From positions 544,009 through 608,008 of the forward strand of contig JAQGDQ010000114.1 of the NCBI GenBank assembly GCA_030141605.1: a stretch of 64,000 nucleotides of DNA. Direction: 5' to 3'. Shown in pieces: positions 46,762 to 58,538 of this stretch. Position 1 is the stretch's first letter. Every line of letters starts with the position of its first letter. A model generated the notes under the pieces. The model was not told where the DNA came from. It worked only from the letters and a program-made list of their open reading frames with translations, and searched no databases. A program made the position numbers and the translations under genes. The DNA is from Tubiluchus corallicola. Lineage: Eukaryota > Animalia > Priapulida.

Positions 46762-49700
46762 TCAAGACTTCACTGCAGTAAGAAGCACATTTTCTAATGA
46801 ATCTGAAGCAGGAACATAGTAACATAAATTTGATTTGTAGTTGCGTTTCCGCAAATATTCAAGTCGTCCAACATCTATTAATCGCTTGCACATTATGCCA
46901 ATCTCTTCTCTATCTTTATGAGTTAGGCTTCCATATCTGAAATAAAAATATACATCTTTTGATTACATCTCATATCCTCTTAAGACTTAAAACTTTTACA
47001 CAACTGCACATTACACTTTTATGCCACTGATACAGTGAATACACTTGCAAATCACACTTCAAAATTAATTGTAATAAACATGTCCAACAAGACCACGAAA
47101 TATATAAGTGCAATACACCAGCAATGGAGAACAGTAATTGAAATTAATTGTTGTTAAAGCACAGTACAATTATAGTAATGCAACTTGTCAAATTAGTGGA
47201 AATAACAGTTAGAAATTTAAAAGCAAGCAGAAAGAATGCCATTTCTACTATGAAACCATAGATAATAAAAGTAATTAAGCAATTGTAATTTGAAAGATTG
47301 ATTATACAACAGTAATATGGAATTTTTTAACACAGGCAGGTATCGAATAGTGTCCACCTACAAAAAGCACATTAATGAACTCACATGTTAAACTGCTCCA
47401 CTAATTACTAGAAGCTCAACAATTAGAAACTGCTTTTGTGCATATTAATAAACTCACATGCTAATTTTCAGTTTCCTATATATATGATTATAAGGAAAGG
47501 TTTATTTGCCTAGGGTAGGTAGCAGTAATGGCATGTGAGTTCTGACGAGATACAGTAGGATTAAATAATTTATGTCTTTAGCCTAAGCCTACACTAAACG
47601 GTAGATGAAACCAAGTGAGGACATTTCTAAAAATATACTATGCAGTGTTTGCATATGAATAAAACTTATTTAAGGAGGTTTCAGAAACACTATACTACAC
47701 AGACTTCGTACTAAACAGCTTGTCAATAACCACAGACAATGATATATGTTTTGTTTTAACCTTGGCCAGGACTTTTGAGAATCATCACAACATCTAGAGT
47801 TTCATCAAATCTGTCATCAGTAAACAAAAGCATTGTGTCTTAGATATTATGAGCTTACTTGAATGACATTTGCTCAGGTGCACCTAAACCACACATAAAA
47901 TACGAAGTTAATGACAAATACACAGACACCATAACCACTTTAAAAAATTGATAACAAACATACTTGGGATGCTGTTTTCCTGCAGCTTCATCTTGGATTT
48001 CAAGTTCCCATTCTCTCACAGTTTTACTGCATGTGGCCCAGCTACTCATTCTGCACATTAGTGTAAAGTCTGCAGCACTCAGTCCCCATTCTACGAATAA
48101 TTCTTTGCCAACATAGCTGTTCCATAAACACCTGTAAAAATGTACTACTCATTTATTTAATGACTTCATATAGGAAGCAAATAAAGCAATAGGCTACCAC
48201 AAAACATAGACAGTATTTTTATTTTACAGATTTATAATGCTAAAACTGTTTAATGTATATACTTATGGTAACAGCAGAACGATATCACGATGCCATTGCA
48301 CTCAACATCGGCTTTATGTGGGATATTGGCTTCCATTTCTGTCAAACAGTGTAGAGTAAGATCTGAAAAATAAAACTTACTAAATTGTGCACGATACGTA
48401 AAACAAATAAACACTGTTACTGGTAATCATGGGAAACTTATAATAAAAATTTTACTTTTCTCTATGGCACATACCTGTTGCTGCTCCACAAAGATGTTTA
48501 CTGTACCCAACGACTTTTCCTTTTCTTGTATCATCAGTAAAATACTTTTTTAAATTAAGATCTTTTATATCAATCCGTATTCGCTCAAATTTGGGCCCCA
48601 CTCCTTTGTTGTGACAACTGTCGTACTAAGTGTAACAAAATGCAATTTATGTCAACATTGTTTTCAGTATTATAATGTAATTTAATTATGATATGTAAAC
48701 TATTACATACAAATAACCTAGTCTACATAAAAATTGTAAATCTTATTTGCACACTATTTTATAAACTATGTTAACGTAACAGAACAGTAATGGTGTATTG
48801 TCCTTATATTCAGCTACATTACAAATATTATATGACAAATTACAATACCTTGTACCTATTGCAGTCTCTATCAATGAGTAAAAAATGAACATTCGTACAA
48901 CGTGGAAGAGTGCGCTCTATCCAGTGTGAAATCTGTCCTAGAAGGAAACAACAATGTAAAATCACAAGGTTGCACAACATCTCATATAGTATTTTATCCT
49001 ACAGAGTACAAGATCTGTTAATTAAGAAAGTGATGACTAATTATAAAGTTTAATAATTTTTTAAAACCAAATAAATTTTGTTGTACTAAAAAGCCTATCT
49101 AGACAAAGTTTATTTGACATTGTATTATTAATAATGATAACTGCAGGACAGACAAATGTGAAAATGTCATTTCCAAACCATGGGCATTGTAAAAATAATA
49201 ATAAATACCTTTTCCTGCTCCAAATTCCACATAACAACATCCATCTTGCAGAAGGTCTAATGATTGCATATGCCCAATAATAGACGCCTAAAAATGTTTG
49301 CCTTATCAAAAATTATTATTTACTTGACTGTTTAAAAAATAAAACTTTTCTTATAATAAACTAACTGAAACTCTTTGACCAAAACTGCACTGAAACTAAT
49401 CAAACATTTACAAAAATGTTTGGCACAAAACTAACTAGCATAACTCAAATAAAAAACAAACTTTAAAGCAAACTGCACAATACCTGAATAAAGAAAGTAC
49501 ACAGCTTTGGTAGTTGTGAAATTGGAATCAAAATAATTAATAATAAAGAAAAATCATTATTTACCCACACCGAAAAATTACTAAATATCAAGTGGCATAA
49601 AAAAATGTGTAGAAGTTTTGATCAAGATAATATAAGAAGAAAATAATGGAATCGCTTGATGTTACAGATGCATATGTACAAACACCAAAAATTTTGGGTC

Positions 49701-52700
49701 ATTCCCTTAAATTTTTCCAAAGAATCAGCTGTTTAAAAGCAGCAAGTCAAACAAATAAATACTGGAATAAATTCTGCGTCGCTGTTGTTAAATTTTACAG
49801 GTAGTGTGTCTATGTAAGACTATGTGCCCATCATTTTCACTGCAAACTAGATGAAGGCATTTACTCCAACAGTTGACACAGTTTCTTGCTCTTTTAACCA
49901 TATTTTTTGCCATATTAAGAAGCATTGTTTTTAGCAAAAACCATGCTAAATCAACCCATATTTTGTATCATGTTAAATGTAGAGGTCTAATGTAGGCTGT
50001 AGCTTTCATCACTACTCACATATATGTACTAACAGTAAGTACAAATACAGTAATGGCAATTGACACATGAACTTTTTATGACATATAAAACAAATACACA
50101 TGAAGTACAACACAGAAGGAACATTTAAGTTTTAAAATCGCATTGTATACAGCCGAATCTTCTATGCAAAACTAAATGATAACTTGTTATTTGATAACTT
50201 GGCAGGTATCAACTACTACTGTAGTTTGTAGTGCAGTGTGACTCCTAATGACTCCTAATAAAACAATCGAGACAAAGCCATCATTAAACTGCAGATGTGA
50301 GTCATATGGGCTAAATCAATGTTGTAATTTACCAGTTTGGGACTTTGTAGTGCCACAGTATAGACAATGACAACAAATTGGAAACAAGCATATATTTTTT
50401 AAGCTTAAAAGTAGCATGTGCACGCAATGCGTGATGCACGATGCACATAAATTAAACATGTAGAAGTGTTTCCATGCATGCATAATGTGCAATTCTTGAT
50501 GCGTGATCCTTATTCATTTGAGCATGATTGCTACAACTAAATATGCATCACACAATACGCCGACAGGAAGCTGCCTCTGCCTAGGTGATTAAGCAAGTTT
50601 TCAATTTTACGGTAAATTTTTGCTGATTGTATTCTTGGCCACGTGAGCTTGGGTCACTTCAGGACATACACGCAATAATATGTCTGTTTGTATGAGAGGT
50701 AGAAGTATGTGCTATGCATTTAGTTGCTGTTCTTTAACTAATTGTTGATGTGTACCATATTGCTCTCTCCGCTGCAAAATGTTATTCACCCAAAAGAATT
50801 GCTTTCTTTTCAGTCTACTAGTACAATACTTAGTCAAGGCTACTGCTGGTATTACCGCACTAAAATTTCAACAGAGGCATGGATTCTAAATATTATTACT
50901 TCTAGTTTTTGCAACAGCAACCAAAAACGGCGGAAAGAGTGCCATGAGCTTTGTTAATACACATAGCGTTCACGAACACACGGAAACAGTCAATACACAT
51001 CACACATTACAGACCATTGATTACGCATACATGGAATCCTACCTTTAATATAAATAGTCGCATGTATTTATTAAAAATCGCAGGTATTTATTAAAAGTAT
51101 GTATATATTATGTAAATGTATGTATTATTTATTAGTCGCATGTATCATTAAAAACTCTTTTAATACAATAAGCAAAAAAATAGCCTTAGGCCTAACTGAG
51201 GCTTAAAACTTGTTTTTTTAACTTTGTCCTGCAAAATGAGTGATGGATCTCATATGCCAGTGGTAAGAAATATGGCAATATGTTTATTCACGTGTAATAC
51301 CTAAAATCTCACCTGTTGTCTTAGATGTTTTATAGACTTTCCACCCGTCATGGAATCATGAATCTGTTTGTCAAAGGTATCATGGGAGTAAAATTTCTCT
51401 TCTATAGGCTTGGTATATTCTAGAACAACAAAGCAAGCCTTGTATACTCATTAACAGCTCTTTACGTATAGAACATCAAAACATATTCCTAGGCAAAAAA
51501 AAAAAATCAAAAACTGTATTACTGTATCACTATGGCATACGAGGTAATACATTAAAATTAATAACAAGTTATCTAACAAACAGACAACAATATACAGTGG
51601 TACAAAACAATGCTTCTAAGATAAACTGTGGAGCACCACAAGGGTCAACATTAGGACCACTTTTGTTTCTTATATACATGAACGACATGCCGCTTGTTTC
51701 CAATTCCAATACACGCCTCTTTGTTGACGACACAAACCTATTCCTTACTGATTCAGACATAGATCGCCTCCAACATCGAACGAAGAACTCAAAAAAATCT
51801 CAATTTGGATGAAAGCCAATAAACTATCTGTAAATTATTCAAAAACTAAATATATGATAATCAAACATAAATCATCTTCAAACGATATTATTCCATTTAT
51901 TTTAAAAATGGACAACAATGAAATTATGCAGGCTACATCGATAAAATATCTTGGGCTTTATATAGACAACACTTTGAAATGGTAGACACACATACAAACA
52001 ACAACACAAAAAATTAACAAAATAATTGGTTTATTCTACAAAATACGACACTTTATTACGAAAAAACACTGCTAATACTTTACTATGCACTAATATACCC
52101 CTATCTACATTACTGCATTCTTTCTTGGGGTAGAGCAAAAACCACTACTCTTCACCCATTAATTACTGCCCAAAACAAAATAGTCAAATGTATTACTTTT
52201 TCAGCCTACAGGGATCGAGCTACACCTTCATACAAATATCTGAAACTACTAAAGCTAACTGATATATACAACTTGGAATTACTTAAGTTTATGTTTAAAT
52301 ACAAACACGGCATTTTACCTACTCTTTATACAAATTATTTCCAAAAGGTTAGCAATATTCATACTTATGAAACTCGAGCAGCAACAAGTGGTTTTTATTA
52401 CCAGGCCCGATATAAAACATCATTTGGCCTAAACACACTGCAACATAATGGAGTCAAACTTTGGAACGCCTTAGATACTTCAATAACCACCTGCTCATCC
52501 TTATTACAAATAACTAAAAAGTACAAAAAGCAACTACTTGAAAACTACATTTAGTATACTGGAGTTAAATTTAATCGAGCTGGAAAATAACATGATGATA
52601 TTGCATAAAATTGTATTTTTTTTGTACAGTACAAAGAGCTTATAAATACATCACTTTTTTATTTATTCTTTGAAAATCAAGTGAATCTAAATGAATTGTT

Positions 52701-55700
52701 TTTGTCGAAGGCATGTAGAAATCTTTTGAACTGTAAGTACCCGTATTCAGAAAGTTTTATTTATTGCATGAACATATTCGGTTACTTTGCTTTGCCTCCA
52801 GATTGAATGTTGCATCACAAAAATTCTGCTCGCCTAATTATATATTTTGTTCTAGCCTTGTTTTGATTTTTTGTTTTCGCCTTGAGAAGATTTTTGTTAC
52901 TGTTGCTTCATATATGTTTTGCTTTAAACTGAATTTTGTTTTTGCTGTTGAGTTTGATTTGTTGCTTTTGTGTGTTATAATTTTTGCCACTAGTTGAATC
53001 CTGTTTTGTTTTGCTTATGATAATTTCTTTTGTTTTGAGTTGAATTGCATTTGTTTTATGAAAATGTCATCACCCTGTAAATAAAACTTGTACTTTTAAT
53101 AAGGGGCAGCTGACCAAGTGACCAATAGGTCTTTCGCTGCTCCTTCTGAGCTACAATGAAATATGAAAATAATTAAGATGAATTTTAAACTGCTAATGAG
53201 AAAATAAATTGAATTGAATTGAATTGTATTAAAGACTGTACTGAAAAACTTGCAAAACTTGGGAATGGGAAAACCTTATAGACTACAACACCATTCAAAT
53301 TGTAGGCAGCACATTACAGCACATAACCTAGAAGTTACAAGTGGAGCTTTAGGCTGTAAATAATATACCATTCGACCTTATAATTATTTCCTGCAAAACT
53401 ACAAAAAGCAATTTATGCTTCTGTACAAAAATGATATTTTCCTTCAATGCTAGAGAAGCCAAAGCTGCACACAATTTGAGAAAAGCAAAGTAAATCTATC
53501 AAAGGTCCTAAGCTACTTACCAAAATAAAGCTTTCTCACTTTTAAGATGAGTAGTTCAATGCAGTCAAACGAAACATCAGAGAGATTAACCTACAATGAG
53601 CTTTTACCGTTAGCTTATTTATATTTACAAGACCGCCAAGACAAAAAATGCTTACTGCAGCTTGTGCACTTTCACATACAGGTTTTATGCCATAAGAGAA
53701 AACCAGCTACTTTACTTATTTCAAATACTTTCCATATAAAAATGATTTTGCGTAAGATATAAAAATCATGCATGTCATATAAAAAAAGTATTCTGAGTTA
53801 AATGGCAAAGAGAAACAAAACTGACTCACTATGTGATTACACGGCTTTGGTTCTCAAAATTTACATACATAAATCAGTAGCCACCCATTGTTCCCAAGAA
53901 CAAAAGTGTCATGTTTTAATTTTACTTGGCACATTTTATAGTTATTTTCTTTTTAATGCATTTAGTACGTTAATTACACATTCACATAGAAACTATAAAA
54001 AACACTAGTTATAACAAGCATCCTCAAAGGAACAATTTCTATTAGCCATTTCTTTGAAAACAACTACAACAAGAGTAATAACAGTAACATGACAAAGGCA
54101 TGAACTCATACTAAGTTATGCTCAATAATATTAGAGCTTTTCTTCTTAAATACTGTACTAAGTTGGTTATTCCACAAAGATTATGGCCAGAAAGTTGTTG
54201 CAAACTAGTATAAATACCTGCTAAAGCTACATACATTATTAAAATTTTCTTGATCGCTCTGAAAAGTGATGTTCACGTCCTGCTTGAAATAAGCCTAAAA
54301 GTAAAATGGAAAGTAAATGAGAGTACAGAATGCAAAAAAGAATGCGAAAAGTAATTTTTCAATGTCCAACGAACTACACAACTAGGATTCGAGAACTAAA
54401 ATGTGAGCTCTAAAGCATAGTGTAATAATTTAGAGTGATTTTTAATGTGTCATTCATTTTATTTTGTACAGAACCATCGACAATATGTCTTCATTGCAGT
54501 GAATGCTTATAAACATGGCATGTACAAAGACCAAAATCACAAACATAGTTTGCAATTGCTGTCAGATTTGACAATAAAAACATTTCAATGTAATAATAAC
54601 ATTTAAGCTTGTTTAGTGACAATTTTCCCAAAACTGAGCAAAATTTAACATTAGTTTAGTTATGATGAAATAAACTTACAATCAACGCAATTTTTAAACT
54701 AAAACTGACCGAAAAAAGAATGCGAAAGACTGCACAGTGCATTATAATCAAGACAGACTGTAATCCCATAGCTTGCAATCAATCCAGTGTTTCTAAGTGT
54801 TAGTTCGGTCACAGTGGCATAATTACTAACTAATAAGACATTTAATTTTGTGAATATTTTAAGAGCCTAGAATAATCCACAGGTAATTAATTAATTATTT
54901 ATAGTACTTATTTTAAGATTATTATGAATGATGAAGTAACTCATGTGGGACTTAAGCATGGTTAGTTTCAAAATTTCATAATTGTGGCTTTGTTCTAAGT
55001 TATAAATTATTTATAACTTTAATTTTAAAATTATTATAAATCACAGAATGCACTCACATGACACTGAGCCTGCTTGAATTCAAAATTTCTTAATTGCGAG
55101 TTCATTTCATCAATAATAATAATCTTGATATTCACATTAAAAATAGTTAATTAGTTCAGTCAAATGTAAATTAAGATTTATTGACTTACTGGTGCAGGCT
55201 GTTTACGAGCATTGCACTTTTCTAAATGCTTGGATAGTTTATTGGCATAACAAGAGCTAAAAACAAACAAGATGACTTAATAATGAAAATTTTAATGTAG
55301 ACATTAATAATAAACAAGAAATACCAAAACAATAGCCAACTAATTTTTATTATCCAATAATCAGAAATAGCCTTCAGACTTACTCAATTTTTCTTGATAT
55401 GTATACTAATAAGCATGATCTTAAGGTGACCTCTGAGCTCAGTGAGAATTTAGATTTGCGAATATTTAAATTGCATAGTACATTACAAACATACACGTCA
55501 TACAGCAGCAAACAAATTGCTTTTTTAAATTAGCCATGCTCGAAAACACCAAACCCCGAGGATATACTCTTTACAGATCTGCCAGCAGAGAGTCGGAAAC
55601 ATGCAGCCACATCTAGGCTGGTGCTTCTGGTTGTGGCCCTAGCCCCTTTGACAAAATCATACTATCATTCTAAACACTGACAGTCTATTTACAGCATTTT

Positions 55701-55902
55701 GCTGCTGCACCTCATTCATATGTTTACCTTAGGCATTAAAGAATTATTCTTGCATGATCATGATACGAAGTAGCACAGTATTTATTGTAATATGCCTAAG
55801 AAGTTTCATAATTCATAAACAAACATCTAACTAAGTACATTTAACTACTTACTGTTTTGGATCAAGCGGACAATGTATTCGAATCAAATTTACACTATGC
55901 TC
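46762..55902 (-). CDS. TRMT13: tRNA:m(4)X 2'-O-methyltransferase TRM13 homolog, 5'-partial; exons 55902-55853, 55256-55190, 54294-54235, 53590-53521, 51419-51313, 49287-49209, 48937-48849, 48625-48475, 48362-48263, 48131-47964, 46936-46762 (371 aa visible)
   Basis: RIHCPLDPKH..KHLEKCN (CHHC finger), KHLRQQASIIG, YVEFGAGKGQISHW, FERIRIDIKDL, SKHLCGAATDLTLHC, CCYHKC..YVGK, RMSSWATC, CKRLIDVGR, SLENVLLTA. GT-AG junctions; 1116 nt in frame. The N-terminal CCCH-finger exon was not found in the window. Confidence 0.93.
51530..53226 (+). mobile_element. 5'-truncated CR1-type LINE in a TRMT13 intron (antisense to the gene)
   Basis: YGIRGN..SYLTNRQQY, CGAPQGSTLGPLLFLIYMND, LFVDDT, KYLGLYID, GVKLWN, with frameshifts and stops; 3' UTR ends AATAAA(TTGAA)n. 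Confidence 0.88.
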
Positions 55903-56474
55903 CTGTAAAAAGAAAGAAACTAACTTAAGAATTGCCGGTTACATTCTCTTCTTTTATTAGTAATTAGCACCACATCCTTTTGCAATTAAAGCATATCACA
56001 AGCATATTACAATACACTCTTACATCTACAATCTATTCTGTTTAGCAAAAACATATATTGTGCAAAAACATGCCTCTGACCATTATCCACCTATGTTTCG
56101 AAATATTAGCTACATGATATGACATTGCAGAAATTGTTCTTTACAATTTAGATATAGGTGTGTTTTAGCTATACGAGTATAGCAGCTTAGCCAGGGGAGC
56201 AGTGAGGGCAGTCTGCCCTGGGTGACACTTTTCAGAGGGTGGCACTTTGATCAAGTATATTTATAATAATTAATCTAAGAATCTTTTGTTAATTCATTTG
56301 ATCTACATCACATTCATCACTATTCATTCACTTGTTTGGTTAGTTGTAGGGAACAAACCAAACCGATACATAAATCAATATATAAATAAAAATGCACAGT
56401 TATAAACATAATATATTTCCTAATTAACTAGGGGCTATTTAAAGACAGCACTTGCAGTGACACAAAATTATAAA

Positions 56475-56889
56475 TGTAATGTATACCCTCAAATCAAAGT
56501 TGCGTTCCCATATCTATGTAATTATTCTGCAAAAATACAAATTTTCTGTAGTCTACAACTACTACATCTACAAATCTAGTGAAATGAAAGTGCTAGAAAA
56601 TAAGTGCTACAGATTACTACGTTACACTAAAAAAGCTAAAATGCATACATACATTGTTGGTCCAATATTGAGTCGAGAAAAAGCCAGAATGTCAGTAAAA
56701 GATAGCAGTATAATTATAATACAATTTTTAAATGCAACAAAGACGTGCGTACATGACAAGTTCCACCTATACAATGTCAGAGTAGAAAAAGTAGTCTAGA
56801 GGTTGAGCTACAGTCTAATATGTTGTGGCTTCTAATGCATATACTACCTTGAGAAGAGGTAATGGACCAAAACATTTGCACCTGCAACA
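56475..56889 (-). repeat. 3' LTR (415 bp)
   Basis: TGTAATG...GCAACA on the plus strand; near-identical to 63584-64000. Confidence 0.95.
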
Positions 56890-56900
56890 CCCCGCCCCCT
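56890..56900 (-). other. Polypurine tract AGGGGGCGGGG
   Basis: Immediately precedes the 3' LTR on the minus strand. Confidence 0.85.
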
Positions 56901-56987
56901 TTGAATGTTCTATCTGGAACATGAAACATAACAAAATATTTATCAATCATTAAACTTTAACCTCATTTTGGAACACAAAAAAACAGT

Positions 56988-58538
56988 TTATGAAACACGC
57001 TCAAGCAGACAAAGTTTCTGCACAGGCCGTTTCAGAGTTGACGACTTTGTCTTGAGCAACACAGAGCGGACCAAGCCATCTTTACCCGGATAAGTATCCA
57101 TAATCCGTCCAAGTTCCCAACGGTTTCTTGGCAAGGTGTTGTCGATTAATAGAACAACATCTCCACACTTGAGATTTTCCTTCTGCTTCTCCCACTTTTG
57201 GAATTGTTGCAGCATCGGAAGATATTCATGAGTCCATCGCCGCCAAAAGACATCTGTCAAATACTGTACCTGGCGCCATCTTCGCCTATATAAGTCAGAA
57301 TAATCAAAGAGCTTGACAGGTACTGATCCAGCTCTTAACAACAGTAAGTGGTTTGGAGTGAGAGCCTCAAGATCATTTGGATCATCTGACACTGTTGTGA
57401 TCGGCCTATCATTTATAATGGACTCTACCATGCACATCAGAGTAGGCAAGCTTTCATCGTCAAGCCTTTGCTCACTGCATATAGAAAAGGCAACTCTGCG
57501 AATGGATCGGATCATCCTTTCCCAAGCTCCACCATGATGGGATGCACCTGGTGTGTTAAAGATCCATTGTACATGACGCTTCCGTAGAACATCTGTAATC
57601 TTCTGCTGATCCCAGTTGCATATTGCTGATCTCAATTCTTTCTCTGCACCGACAAAGTTAGTGCCATTGTCAGATCGGATGACAGACGGAGGCCCACGGC
57701 GAGAAATAAATCTGAAAAGAGCATTAATGAAACTATCAGTCTCCAGGGAATGTAGTACCTCTATGTGAACAGCACGAATTGTCAGGCAAGTGAAGACACA
57801 TCCGTATCTCTTCATCTCTGACCGACCTCTTTTGACAAAAAACGGACCAAAGCAGTCCACACCAACAGCTGTGAAGGCAGATAGAGCTGGAGACACGCGA
57901 TCATCTGGCAGATCAGCCATTTTTTGAGACAATGGAACACCATCACGTCGTCTACAGACTATGCAGCTCGATAAGAGTGATCTGACTCTGGTTCTAACCT
58001 TGATGATCCAGTACTTCTGTCTCAGCTTGGCAACCACATACTCTCGTCCAGAATGTCCTGACATTTCATGTGCTTCACGTATAATCAGGTCTACTATGTG
58101 ATGATGTTTAGGCAGAATCATCTGGTGCATGCTCTTCACACGGCCCCCTACACACATCACTCCATTGGAATCTATGACTGGATTTAACTTCCTCAGAGTT
58201 TTCATTACATCATCATTTTTCAAGCACTTGTACTGTAGATATTTGACAATGCTGATCTCTGCCTGCTGCAGTTCTTCAACAGATAAACTGGCATCAAAGG
58301 ACTTAGCATCCATTCCTCTAGCTTTGCTCAGTAAAATGTTCCGCAGCCGCAGGATCCAGCCGACAGATTTTCGCAGCCTGTACCACGACGAGTGCCTCTT
58401 GAACATATTTTCTAAAGCATCCGACTCGGCTTCTACTGATGCCACTGCACCACATGATACAACTTTCTGAGACTTCGCACTTTCACGCTGATTTCCATTT
58501 CTGGATGATGCAAATTTTTTACCTCGAGTTCTATCCAT
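56988..58538 (-). CDS. BEL/Pao integrase part of pol (HHCC finger, DDE core, C-terminal domain), out of frame with the upstream ORF
   Basis: AHEMSGH..CIVC, VGVDCFGP, SDNGTNFVGA, GGAWERMIR, LTPNHLL, FWRRWTHEYL, GKDGLVRSV. Confidence 0.9.
   Translation of the reverse strand: MDRTRGKKFASSRNGNQRESAKSQKVVSCGAVASVEAESDALENMFKRHSSWYRLRKSVGWILRLRNILLSKARGMDAKSFDASLSVEELQQAEISIVKYLQYKCLKNDDVMKTLRKLNPVIDSNGVMCVGGRVKSMHQMILPKHHHIVDLIIREAHEMSGHSGREYVVAKLRQKYWIIKVRTRVRSLLSSCIVCRRRDGVPLSQKMADLPDDRVSPALSAFTAVGVDCFGPFFVKRGRSEMKRYGCVFTCLTIRAVHIEVLHSLETDSFINALFRFISRRGPPSVIRSDNGTNFVGAEKELRSAICNWDQQKITDVLRKRHVQWIFNTPGASHHGGAWERMIRSIRRVAFSICSEQRLDDESLPTLMCMVESIINDRPITTVSDDPNDLEALTPNHLLLLRAGSVPVKLFDYSDLYRRRWRQVQYLTDVFWRRWTHEYLPMLQQFQKWEKQKENLKCGDVVLLIDNTLPRNRWELGRIMDTYPGKDGLVRSVLLKTKSSTLKRPVQKLCLLERVS

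Noticed and set aside
56180-56250. GC-rich start of a possible hAT MITE interrupted by the BEL insertion
   Set aside because: Only one end is visible; it cannot be verified within the window.
56479-56799. 106-aa ORF in the LTR, and antisense ORFs across 57313-63661
   Set aside because: Shadow ORFs of the pol gene or LTR with no recognisable domain; no env-like gene is present.
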